Of a stretch of DNA of 64,000 bases, positions 37,645 through 46,034 are shown piece after piece. Each line of letters begins with the position of its first letter. Within the stretch, counting starts at the first letter, position 1. Position numbers and translations under genes: made by a program. The notes beneath the pieces are model-generated. The model was not told where the DNA came from and did not search any database. It saw only the letters and a list, made by a program, of their open reading frames with translations. Source of the DNA: Alphaproteobacteria bacterium (lineage in GTDB: Bacteria > Pseudomonadota > Alphaproteobacteria > Rs-D84); contig WRCO01000002.1 of assembly GCA_009783855.1 (NCBI GenBank), forward strand, positions 25,038 through 89,037. The letters run 5' to 3'.

Positions 37645-38923
37645 GGCGTATATGAACCTGATAAAAATGATTTTCACCGGAACAGACAGCGCGCCCCGCC
37701 TTACGTCTTGCGGCGACGAACGCGGCGCAAGTCTTCTTGAAACGCTTCTTGCCATCGGGCTTGTCGCGGCGATGGCGCCTTTTGCGTACAACCGCGTGCT
37801 TGACGTAAGCCGCGATATAGCCGACGTCGCCGCCGCGCGGCGCATTCATAATTGGAAGGAAGCCGCCAAGGGATTTATCCGCGCAAACCAGATGGATTGG
37901 GAGGACGATGCGATTTTTGAGCTTTCCGAACGCGACCTTGTCGCGATACGGGCGCCGGACGAAGGAAAACAGGCCATCTTTCCATACGCCGCGTTTATTG
38001 AAAAATTCAGTCATGCGGGCGGCACGACCATAGAGGCGTATATTCTGTTCCCCGGCGAATTCGACGGAATCCGTATGCACCGCATCGCGCACCATCTTGG
38101 CGCGGACGCCGCCGTCGCGGGCGACGCGCAAATCGCATTTTCCGCAAGCGGCGGCTGGAGCATAGAATCGGACATATTGGAAGAAAATGATATTGTGTTC
38201 CGCGTGTCCGTAAATATGCCGATAGACGATTCATACGCGTTCATGCACCGGGTGGATACCGGCGACGAAAGGCTTAATACCATGGAGCGTGACCTGTCCA
38301 TGTCGCGCAACGACATAGTCCATGCGGGCGCGGTTAACGCAGGTCTTCTTGATTCCAAAATGGTCGGTGCATGGTTTGCGGGCGGCGGTGCATTTTCCGC
38401 GGACGAAGCCGTATTCCCCCAAGGCGCCAATGTCGACGGCGGCGGAGTATCGTTCGCGGCGGTCCGCGTTGTGGGGGATATTATCGGTTTTCGTAATATA
38501 CATGCGGGCATATTCGCGGGCGGCGGCGGGGCCTTGAACTGGTCCGCTCAGGGGAATATAATCGCCGACCGGGTGAATATAGCCGAAGCGGTTCACGTTG
38601 GAAGAAACATGACCGTAAGGTCTCCAAACGTCCGAACGGTTTCCGGATTCCTTGGCATAAGCGTGCATTCTCTGGCGACCCCGTTTGTATCCACCGAAGA
38701 ATTGCGGTTTGCGGACGGCTTTGGGCTTTCAATTTCCAACGAACTTTCGGCAAGCTTTACCGACGGGCCGTTAAGGCTTGGCAACTGGGCGTTTCCGCGG
38801 ACACCTGCGCCAAGATTTGCGGACCTTGTCCTTACACAAGGAGGCGCAGTCAAAGGCGGCGTGCCAACAGGATTTGAAAACATAATGAGCAGGAATTGGA
38901 AGGCTTTAAGGCCAAGGGAATAA
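37619..38923 (+). CDS. TadE/G-like pseudopilin-family protein 2 (G|ASLLETLLAIGLVAAMAPF, Glu at +5)
   Basis: Prepilin peptidase-type site ERG|ASLLE. Gly-rich beta-helix-like C-terminal half (GANVDGGGVSFAAVRVVGDIIGFRNIHAGIFAGGGGALNW). Start alternatives at 37652 or 37667. Confidence 0.45.
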   Translation: MIEGRRIVKAYMNLIKMIFTGTDSAPRLTSCGDERGASLLETLLAIGLVAAMAPFAYNRVLDVSRDIADVAAARRIHNWKEAAKGFIRANQMDWEDDAIFELSERDLVAIRAPDEGKQAIFPYAAFIEKFSHAGGTTIEAYILFPGEFDGIRMHRIAHHLGADAAVAGDAQIAFSASGGWSIESDILEENDIVFRVSVNMPIDDSYAFMHRVDTGDERLNTMERDLSMSRNDIVHAGAVNAGLLDSKMVGAWFAGGGAFSADEAVFPQGANVDGGGVSFAAVRVVGDIIGFRNIHAGIFAGGGGALNWSAQGNIIADRVNIAEAVHVGRNMTVRSPNVRTVSGFLGISVHSLATPFVSTEELRFADGFGLSISNELSASFTDGPLRLGNWAFPRTPAPRFADLVLTQGGAVKGGVPTGFENIMSRNWKALRPRE

Positions 38924-38929
38924 AAATAG

Positions 38930-39003
38930 AGCAAAGACAATAGAGCGCAGATAAATGTTGAGATTAAAAAGATATTTTACGGATATTAAAAAAGCATCTA
39001 TGC
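38930..39003 (+). promoter_or_regulatory. conserved 5' cassette E2 (no heptamer expansion)
   Basis: cgcagataaatgttgagattaaaaagatattttacggatattaaaaaagcatctatgct. Confidence 0.7.
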
Positions 39004-40307
39004 TTTTGCCTGTGCGAACGCGTTCTCGCAGCGAGCGCGGCGCGACGCTTGTCGAACTTCTTCTTGCGCTGGCGGTGGCGGCGGCCATGCTTCCATTTAT
39101 AATAAGACAGGCCGACGTGCGGACCCGCCGCGCGGAAAATATAAAAGCCGCCGCCGACCTTGGCAAAGTCAAATCCGCGCTTGAAAGATATATGGAAGCG
39201 AACAGGCACGAGCTTTTCTCGACCATAAGCCGGAACGTCGTGCGCGTATCGATTTCCGATTTGGAAGAACACGGGCTTGATACCGCCAATCTTGACAAGT
39301 CGGAACAGTTCCAGATGCGCGTCGTTAAAAGCGCGGACCGGGGCGGGCGGTCGTTTCTTCAGGGCGTCGTCATCATGGACACGGAAGGCATCGCGCCGAT
39401 AAGGACGCGCGAAATCGCGGCAATCGCCGGCGGCGGCGCGGGATTCGCCGACGATAACATAACATACGGCGCATTCGGAACATGGCGCGTAAGCGCGAAC
39501 GTATGGAACGCGCGGTTTACCGACAGGTCGCTTCTTGAAGTCACGGATGCCATACGGTCGGGCGAAGAATTCCTGCGCCGCATAGTGTACGAAGACGGCG
39601 GCGCGATGATGCATTCGCCGCTTGCCCTTGGCGGGCACGACATAGTCAACGCGCGGTCGGTGTTCGCGGAATCCGCGCGCTTTGCCGAATTCGTGAATTT
39701 TACGAACGCATCGGCAAGCCGCCTTGTCATGGAAGGCAAACCGACACTTGACGGCAATGTGACCATATCCGGAGAATCAACGGTTTCGGGCGTGCTGAGT
39801 TCCGATTCACGAAGCATGGAAGTCGGCCGCATGACGGTATCCGGCACTTCGCGGTTCGGCACGGTTAATGCAAACGAATTATGGGCGGGCGATTTGGAGC
39901 TTGCCGGATTTTCGGTCCAAATTGACGAGCGTCGCCCCGCCACGCTGTCGGTCGGCCGGTCGATTGACATGACCGGCGGACGCGTTGTCTCCATGCTTGT
40001 CGCGGTGGGACACGGGGGAAGCACTACGCCGCGGCTTTTCGTAAAAGACCGGGTTGAAGACGCAAGAAATCCCGAATATTTTTGGGATGTCGCGACGGGT
40101 GAAGCCATGCTTTCCGACATATTTATCCCCGCGCTTTCCAATATGGCGCGGACCGCCATAGGCCGCGAACAGCCGGGAACGGAATCTCATCGCATCCTGT
40201 CCCAGGTTGCGAACAACGCCAACGCGACGGTCGCGGATTATATGCGCGCGCTTGCCGAAATAGAACGCCGCGTCACGGCAAGGTTTGATGCGTTGAATTT
40301 GGAATAA
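38955..40307 (+). CDS. TadE/G-like pseudopilin-family protein 3 (SERG|ATLVELLLALAVAAAMLPF)
   Basis: Class III signal with Glu at +5. Beta-helix-like repeats (GNVTISGESTVSGVLSS...MTVSGTSRFGTV). The probable true start is the ATG at 39000 (MLLPVRTRSRSERG leader). Confidence 0.45.
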   Translation: MLRLKRYFTDIKKASMLLPVRTRSRSERGATLVELLLALAVAAAMLPFIIRQADVRTRRAENIKAAADLGKVKSALERYMEANRHELFSTISRNVVRVSISDLEEHGLDTANLDKSEQFQMRVVKSADRGGRSFLQGVVIMDTEGIAPIRTREIAAIAGGGAGFADDNITYGAFGTWRVSANVWNARFTDRSLLEVTDAIRSGEEFLRRIVYEDGGAMMHSPLALGGHDIVNARSVFAESARFAEFVNFTNASASRLVMEGKPTLDGNVTISGESTVSGVLSSDSRSMEVGRMTVSGTSRFGTVNANELWAGDLELAGFSVQIDERRPATLSVGRSIDMTGGRVVSMLVAVGHGGSTTPRLFVKDRVEDARNPEYFWDVATGEAMLSDIFIPALSNMARTAIGREQPGTESHRILSQVANNANATVADYMRALAEIERRVTARFDALNLE

Positions 40308-40310
40308 TTT

Positions 40311-40426
40311 GGCGGTTGGTGGCCCGTGCCGGTGGTTCGTGGTAAAATAAAAATTTGATATTATCGCTTATTGTAATAAAATGCGAATCACGAAGGCGAG
40401 TCACCAGCCGCCAACACGGACCACCA
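40311..40426. repeat. family A palindromic repeat ending at the start codon of the zinc-ribbon protein
   Basis: ggcggttggtggcccgtgccggtggttcgtgg ... cgagtcaccagccgccaacacggaccaccaATG. Confidence 0.7.
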
Positions 40427-40924
40427 ATGAAAATAACATGCCCATTTTGCAAAATCGAATACGCGGCGAAAATCCCAAAGGGACGGCGCGCGGAATGCAT
40501 CGTGTGCGGCCATGTATGGGCGCCGGACGGCGCGCGCGGAAGGAACAGGATTCTTATGTGGCTTTTGATGGCGGCTTTCGCGCTTTTGGTGGCGGTGATT
40601 GCGATTACCATGACGACAAGGTATGCCCCGGCAAATAAGACAGAAGAAACAATCGTCGTCGAAATGACCGGCTTTCGGCGGACTGCCGCCGCGGACGGCG
40701 CGCGCATTGTCATATCCGGAAGGGTCAAGAATATGTCCGGAAGGGTTTACGGAATTCCCGACATCATGCTTGTCCTGCGGGACGATGCGGGTGAAATTGT
40801 ATTTACCCAAAGAATCATGCCGCCCGCGCCGGTTCTGGATATTGGAGAGGTTGCGAAATTTTCCCACACCCTTTCCGGCGTTCCGGAAAATGCCAGAGCG
40901 GCCCGGGCAGAGTTTGTAAGATAG
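40427..40924 (+). CDS. zinc-ribbon (MJ0042-type CxxC) + TM + DUF3426-like domain protein
   Basis: MKITCPFCKIEYAAKIPKGRRAECIVCGHVW zinc ribbon, a single TM, then a ~100 aa beta-rich domain. This architecture matches DUF3426 proteins. Confidence 0.5.
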   Translation: MKITCPFCKIEYAAKIPKGRRAECIVCGHVWAPDGARGRNRILMWLLMAAFALLVAVIAITMTTRYAPANKTEETIVVEMTGFRRTAAADGARIVISGRVKNMSGRVYGIPDIMLVLRDDAGEIVFTQRIMPPAPVLDIGEVAKFSHTLSGVPENARAARAEFVR

Positions 40925-41040
40925 CACATAGAACACAGATAATAGAACATAGATAGGAGAACGAACAAATGTTGAGATTCAAAAACAATTTTACAGGTCT
41001 TTGGAAAGCATCTGTGCTCTATGTTCTGTGCTCGATGCTC
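40925..41040 (+). promoter_or_regulatory. diverged conserved 5' cassette E3 with degenerate heptamer tract
   Basis: acagataatagaacatagataggagaacgaacaaatgttgagattcaaaaacaattttacaggtctttggaaagcatctgtgctctatgttctgtgctcgatgctc. Confidence 0.55.
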
Positions 41041-41493
41041 TTGGTCTCGGCGCGAGCCGCGCCGACATGTCCGCCGTGCGTATGCCCGTCCATACCGCCG
41101 TCGATTTTTTCGACAAGCACGGATTGGGAAGCGGTGACGGGGATGCGCCTTTCCGAATTTATGGTTTCGTTCGGTCGCGATGGAAGCATCGGCAATATCG
41201 GGTGGGAGATATATTTCCTTGACGGATTTCCATGCTATGGCCAATCGGAGACCGCGCGCATGTGGGTAAGTCCGTCGCGCCATTACGCAATCGACGGCGG
41301 CGCCGACGCGCGCGGCCGCATCACGTGCCTTTATGCGCCGAAAACCGTAAAGCTTGCATGGCGCGAGGCAAGGCGCGACGCGGCGCAGGCGCGCACACGC
41401 GGGATGGCCGTTTGCGAAGTGGAGCACAGCGGACGGAACATCACAATCCGATTGGACAAATGCGAAAGGACGGATTGGGGTGATTTGCGATAA
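40969..41493 (+). CDS. hypothetical secreted Cys-rich protein (174 aa)
   Basis: Signal peptide after the cassette leader. APTCPPCVCPSIPP motif. 8 Cys. Confidence 0.4.
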   Translation: MLRFKNNFTGLWKASVLYVLCSMLLVSARAAPTCPPCVCPSIPPSIFSTSTDWEAVTGMRLSEFMVSFGRDGSIGNIGWEIYFLDGFPCYGQSETARMWVSPSRHYAIDGGADARGRITCLYAPKTVKLAWREARRDAAQARTRGMAVCEVEHSGRNITIRLDKCERTDWGDLR

Positions 41494-41512
41494 CAACCGT
41501 AAGGCGTAAGGC

Positions 41513-42478
41513 GTGAAGCGTGAGGAATTTGTTTTCATCGTTGAAGAACAGGACGCGGGTTTGCGTGTCGATAAATTTATCGCGTCCAGATTGACCGAAT
41601 ATTCTCGTTCTGAAATCCAAAAATTTCAAATAACGAAATCTGGCGCTGCAACAAAGCTTTCCGAAAAGGTAAAGCTTGGTGAAAAATATGAAGTTGCCGT
41701 TTTAATAAATATGCCTTGTGCCTTGTGTCCTATGCCTTCTTCGAAAAAAATATCCTTGGATATTTTATTCGAAGACGACGACATCATCGTTGTCAACAAG
41801 CCGCGCGGAATCGCAATGTATCCGGGCGCGGGACGCGACAGCGGAACATTGGTGCAAAGCGTTCTGGCGCATACGAATCTGTCGTCCATCGGCGCGGACG
41901 GCATGCGGCCCGGCGTTGTTCACCGCATCGACAAAGACACGTCCGGCGTTGTGATTTTTGCAAAAACGGATTCGGCGCACCGTGCGCTTGTCACGGTTTT
42001 TTCCGAACACAATCTGGTGCGGAAATATATCGCGTTTATTTGGGGCGTGCCGAACTGGCTTTCCGCGGATATTTCCGGAAACATAGGGCGGTCGACGCGC
42101 AACCGCCAAAAAATGACTATGGTCAAAACCGGCGGAAAGCCCGCGCACACAAGCGCCGAGGCTATAAACGTCTGGCCGCGCGCGAATATTTCGGAATTGC
42201 GGTGCACTTTGGACACCGGCCGCACGCATCAGATTCGCGTCCATCTTGCCGCGCATGGTTTTCCCGTTTTGTGCGACCCGCTTTACGGGCGGGGCGGGGC
42301 GCGGCTGGGCAGTGTCAAGGACCCGGAATTATTGGAATTTCTGCGTGAAAACCGCGGTCAGATGCTTCATGCCGAAGTATTGGAATTAACGCATCCGATA
42401 ACCGGCGCGCCATGCAAATTCCGCGCTAAATTGCCGGGGGACATGAGTGCGTTGAAAGAGATTCTTAACGAAAAGTGA
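41513..42478 (+). CDS. rluD: pseudouridine synthase RluD/RluC family, with an in-frame family C heptamer repeat insertion
   Basis: S4-like N-terminus. Catalytic HRIDKDTSGVVIFAKT. GTG start. Residues NMPCALCPMPSS are encoded by atgccttgtgccttgtgtcctatgcctt (41711-41740). Confidence 0.85.
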   Translation: MKREEFVFIVEEQDAGLRVDKFIASRLTEYSRSEIQKFQITKSGAATKLSEKVKLGEKYEVAVLINMPCALCPMPSSKKISLDILFEDDDIIVVNKPRGIAMYPGAGRDSGTLVQSVLAHTNLSSIGADGMRPGVVHRIDKDTSGVVIFAKTDSAHRALVTVFSEHNLVRKYIAFIWGVPNWLSADISGNIGRSTRNRQKMTMVKTGGKPAHTSAEAINVWPRANISELRCTLDTGRTHQIRVHLAAHGFPVLCDPLYGRGGARLGSVKDPELLEFLRENRGQMLHAEVLELTHPITGAPCKFRAKLPGDMSALKEILNEK

Positions 42479-42605
42479 AAAATGAAGAGTGAAAAGTTGT
42501 TGTGTCGCGACAAAGCCGCGAACGCAACCACTTTTCACCCGTCATTATTCATTTGATTGATTTCCCCCAATATGATAAAATAAGTTGAAATAAAGAGAGG
42601 ATAAT

Positions 42606-45488
42606 ATGCGCTCATATTCCAAACCATTTTTTGTCTTTGCATTTTTTGCAATCGGGCTTGTCATATCCGCCGATGCCGCGCCAAGGGTGTCAAGCGTAAG
42701 GCCGGGCGTCACTGTCCAGTCTGCAAGGTCGCGCATATCCACCGCCGGTCTGCAGATTCAGGCGCCTATACCGGTGGTGCCGGCGCTTCCCGTATTCGAC
42801 GGAACGTGCGCGAATCCCGCGCCGGAACAATTGGACGCGCTTCGCTGCACCCAACGGTATTTCGCATGTCTTCGCCGCGATATGGTATGCGGGGAGCATT
42901 TCGAACTCTGCGACACTATCGCCCGGTTTAATCAACGGCGCATGTTTTGCCAGGATGAGCTTGCGCGTTGTCCCGCGACCGTCATCGCCGAACTTTTCGG
43001 CAATCCGATAACACAGACGGTCGACGCGGAAAACATGGCGATGTGCGACGGCCAATGGACGGTGGTCCGCCGCGATTTCACGCCCGGCCTTCACGATATT
43101 CAATTGGCGTTTAACGCAAGCCTTGGGCCCAATCAGCTTTCCGGAATCGGCCGCGAAATATGGGCCGGCGCCGAATGGGCGGCCGCCAATACTTTGAGGG
43201 TTTGCGAATCCGTCGCGAACGCATGCCTTACCCGCGCGTGCCGGAATGAACCGCACAAGTGTTTGGGACGGCAATTCCTGTTGCCACAGGTCGCGGATAT
43301 CGCGGGCCTGGCCAGCGATGAAACGGAAAGAACCCACGCCGGAATCGCGACCGAGCGCGCCCGGTTTGTGGTGCCGCCGACATTGGTGCGGAATTATGCC
43401 GAAAACATGCTTTGGGAAGATGCGAACGTGATGCAGTATCTTCGCGCGGAATGCGGGTCTGAAATCGGAACGAACGAACATTGTTTCCGCCTTGCCAATC
43501 CTAATTCAAGATTTGGGTCATCGGACCAGTTTGAGGCAAACCTTGCATTTGATACGGTAATGACGGGTGAAATAAACCGCCGCGCATGGGTACAGGCGCG
43601 AAGCATAGAATGGCTTGCCGCCGCGGTCGCCGAAGTGGTGACGTCGTGCGAATTGGCGATTGAAGATTGCGTAAAGAATACATGCGGGTTCGGTTCGATG
43701 GCTTCGTGTTACGGCCGCGCGCGCAACCGGGACGGGTTGGTCAACCTTGCCGCAGGCACGGTAAACGATGAAATCGCAAGAATATGCAGACCGCAGATTG
43801 CCGAGAATCAGCATTGCCGCGACCTTCGCCCCGCGGGCGAAAGCGCGACCGCGGTATGGACGCATTTCTGGGGCGCGGGGGCGGAATCGACGCGCCTTTC
43901 CGCACGCCTTTCGTCGCAATTGCAGAACGCGTTTTCTGAAACGGGCAAGGCGAATATGCGCCGCGCGTGCCAGACCGCCGCAACCGCGTGCGTGCGTCAG
44001 GAATGCGGAAACGATTTCACAAGATGCCTTGTCCGCGGCGCGGACGACGACACGGGCCGCCGGGAATTCAACAACGACGGCCGGCCGATAATTGCCGGAG
44101 CCCAGGCGGGCGGATTTTCGCAAGACATGGCGCGCGGGCTTTGCATGCTTACCGTAAAGGAAATACGGGCGTGCAACGATTGGTTCGATATACAGTTTGC
44201 GGAAAGCGCGATGACCGAAAGCGGTCAATGGGGCGCGCTTGATTCATGGACCGCGGGCCGCGATGCGCGGAACGCATGGGGGGGCGATAACAGAACCCAT
44301 GTATGCGTGCTTGAACGCATGCCGATGATAGAAGCGGAAGTGCAAGCAATCGGCGATATGAGGATGTTCAGAAACCTTGGCGTTGCAGCGCGGCGGGCCG
44401 ATGTTTCCGAAAACGACTTTGGATGCGCGATGCAGGGGCGCCGGATATTCGACGAACTTATCGCGGACATCGCGGCCGAGGCACAGCAAAGACTGATAGT
44501 CGCCGCGAACGAAGCAAAGAACCAATGCCTTGACAGAAACCGCGTGCGCGGGTTACAGGATAATTTCGTATGGGCGAATGTAAGCGACCTTCGCGACAGA
44601 TTCAACCCGGTACAGGGAATCCTTGTCCAGGATATAAGGCCGACGGCGGATATTTGGGATGGATTCTGTGCGGTGCGGATTACGATGAATTCGGACGATA
44701 CGATATTGAACAATCATTTGAGCGGCGTCATGGCGTCAAGGAATGTAAGATACTTTTCGGTGGGCGATGCCGCAGTCTGCGGAAGCTGGATGTCGCAAAG
44801 CGACCTTGAAAGTCTTGAAGACGCGGTGCGTGCCGCAAACCCGCAAAGCAGGGTGCAAAAGGGTACGTCCGGTCGATGGATGGGCGCGATTACGGGCATA
44901 CTTGGCGGCGGTGCCGGCGGTATAGCGGTTGGCAATATGATAGGTAATGCGGGGGCTAGAGACAACTGTACCACCAGAGGAGGCACATCTGCTTGTAATA
45001 TGTGTGGTCATCAAATAAGAGGTACTGATGCGGGTGACGTGGATGACAGAGTTTGGTATACATGCGATATTTCCATAATTGGAAACGAAGTTGTGGTGAG
45101 TAATCGCGAAACTTCACGGGAACCACCAGTGTCCGAAGGGGGCGGCGGACGTATTGGCGATACCTTTATAGCCAGCACCTTACGCGGTTGCAATGACGCG
45201 GTAGATAATCTTTTGAATCAGTGCAACGCAGGCAACCGCAACAGGACGATGCAGCTTGGGCGACATGGAATAACGGGTGGCCTTGTTGGCGCGGCGGGTC
45301 TTGGCGCCGTCGGACTTATCGCCGGAAACCAGATAGACGTGGCAAGACAAAGAACGGCCCAAGAAGAAGAACGCCTTAAACAAGATGCCGCCGTTGCCGA
45401 ATGGTTCAATACAATCGGTTCAAGAATCAATTGCTTCATCGACGGCAGACAGGTCGGAAGATTCGGAGATCCGATAGAGATAAGGTAA
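42606..45488 (+). CDS. large secreted Cys-repeat protein (960 aa) with C-terminal glycine-zipper segment
   Basis: Signal peptide FVFAFFAIGLVISADA. About 45 Cys in recurring AxxCxxxxCxxxxxxC units. C-terminal GITGGLVGAAGLGAVGLIAG. A terminator follows. Confidence 0.45.
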   Translation: MRSYSKPFFVFAFFAIGLVISADAAPRVSSVRPGVTVQSARSRISTAGLQIQAPIPVVPALPVFDGTCANPAPEQLDALRCTQRYFACLRRDMVCGEHFELCDTIARFNQRRMFCQDELARCPATVIAELFGNPITQTVDAENMAMCDGQWTVVRRDFTPGLHDIQLAFNASLGPNQLSGIGREIWAGAEWAAANTLRVCESVANACLTRACRNEPHKCLGRQFLLPQVADIAGLASDETERTHAGIATERARFVVPPTLVRNYAENMLWEDANVMQYLRAECGSEIGTNEHCFRLANPNSRFGSSDQFEANLAFDTVMTGEINRRAWVQARSIEWLAAAVAEVVTSCELAIEDCVKNTCGFGSMASCYGRARNRDGLVNLAAGTVNDEIARICRPQIAENQHCRDLRPAGESATAVWTHFWGAGAESTRLSARLSSQLQNAFSETGKANMRRACQTAATACVRQECGNDFTRCLVRGADDDTGRREFNNDGRPIIAGAQAGGFSQDMARGLCMLTVKEIRACNDWFDIQFAESAMTESGQWGALDSWTAGRDARNAWGGDNRTHVCVLERMPMIEAEVQAIGDMRMFRNLGVAARRADVSENDFGCAMQGRRIFDELIADIAAEAQQRLIVAANEAKNQCLDRNRVRGLQDNFVWANVSDLRDRFNPVQGILVQDIRPTADIWDGFCAVRITMNSDDTILNNHLSGVMASRNVRYFSVGDAAVCGSWMSQSDLESLEDAVRAANPQSRVQKGTSGRWMGAITGILGGGAGGIAVGNMIGNAGARDNCTTRGGTSACNMCGHQIRGTDAGDVDDRVWYTCDISIIGNEVVVSNRETSREPPVSEGGGGRIGDTFIASTLRGCNDAVDNLLNQCNAGNRNRTMQLGRHGITGGLVGAAGLGAVGLIAGNQIDVARQRTAQEEERLKQDAAVAEWFNTIGSRINCFIDGRQVGRFGDPIEIR

Positions 45489-45491
45489 ACA

Positions 45492-45521
45492 AAAACACCC
45501 GGCGAAAACCGGGTGTTTTTT
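45492..45521 (+). terminator. rho-independent terminator (aaacacccggcgaaaaccgggtgtttttt)
   Basis: 9-bp stem plus a T-run. Confidence 0.7.
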
Positions 45522-45541
45522 GTTTGCCTGTTCCGTGCTCT

Positions 45542-45570
45542 CCCCGTCATCCCGGCGAAGGCCGGGACCC
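45542..45570. repeat. family D inverted repeat, left arm (ccccgtcatcccggcgaaggccgggaccc), flanking the GIY-YIG gene
   Basis: Reverse-complementary to 45968-45993. Related copies at 60341-60368. Confidence 0.7.
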
Positions 45571-45577
45571 ACTGCCT

Positions 45578-45946
45578 TCAGGCTGTCTGTATATTTATCT
45601 CATCCGGCTTATATTCCGGCACAGGTTCAGCATAGGCATGTATGCCCGCGCCGCGAATTTCATCCCAAAGGTCTATCCAATACGGATTCTTGCTTATTAT
45701 CAAACGCAATTTCCAATTGCGTTTCCATTCTTTTAACTGTCTTTCCCGCCGAACCATTAATTCCATATCTTCAAAAAATTCATAATATACGATTTTATCA
45801 ACACCGTATTTCGTGGTAAACCCGCCGTAGAATTTTTCCTTGTGCTGTGCGACGCGGGCAATCAAATCGGAACTTGACCCGATGTACAGCGTTCCCATTT
45901 TATCGCTTGCTATAATATATACAAATCCGGCTTTCTTATTCAGCAT
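45578..45946 (-). CDS. GIY-YIG nuclease superfamily protein (small stand-alone type)
   Basis: FVYIIASDKMGTLYIGSSSDLIARVAQHKEK...YGVDKIVYYEFFEDMELMVRRERQLKEW gives the GIY...YIG motif plus conserved R and E. Confidence 0.7.
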   Translation of the reverse strand: MLNKKAGFVYIIASDKMGTLYIGSSSDLIARVAQHKEKFYGGFTTKYGVDKIVYYEFFEDMELMVRRERQLKEWKRNWKLRLIISKNPYWIDLWDEIRGAGIHAYAEPVPEYKPDEINIQTA

Positions 45947-45967
45947 CAGAGAATGTCGTTCCGCAAT

Positions 45968-45993
45968 GGTTCCCGGCCTTCGCCGGGATGACG
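45968..45993. repeat. family D inverted repeat, right arm (ggttcccggccttcgccgggatgacg)
   Basis: Pairs with 45542-45570 across the GIY-YIG gene. Confidence 0.7.
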
Positions 45994-46034
45994 TTAAGAA
46001 GTTGTTGAAAGTTTATAAAGTCGCGTCCGTATTT

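Noticed and set aside
45578-45946. GIY-YIG ORF as a homing endonuclease inside an intron or intein
   Set aside because: It is a free-standing gene with its own terminator and flanking IRs. No interrupted host gene is evident.
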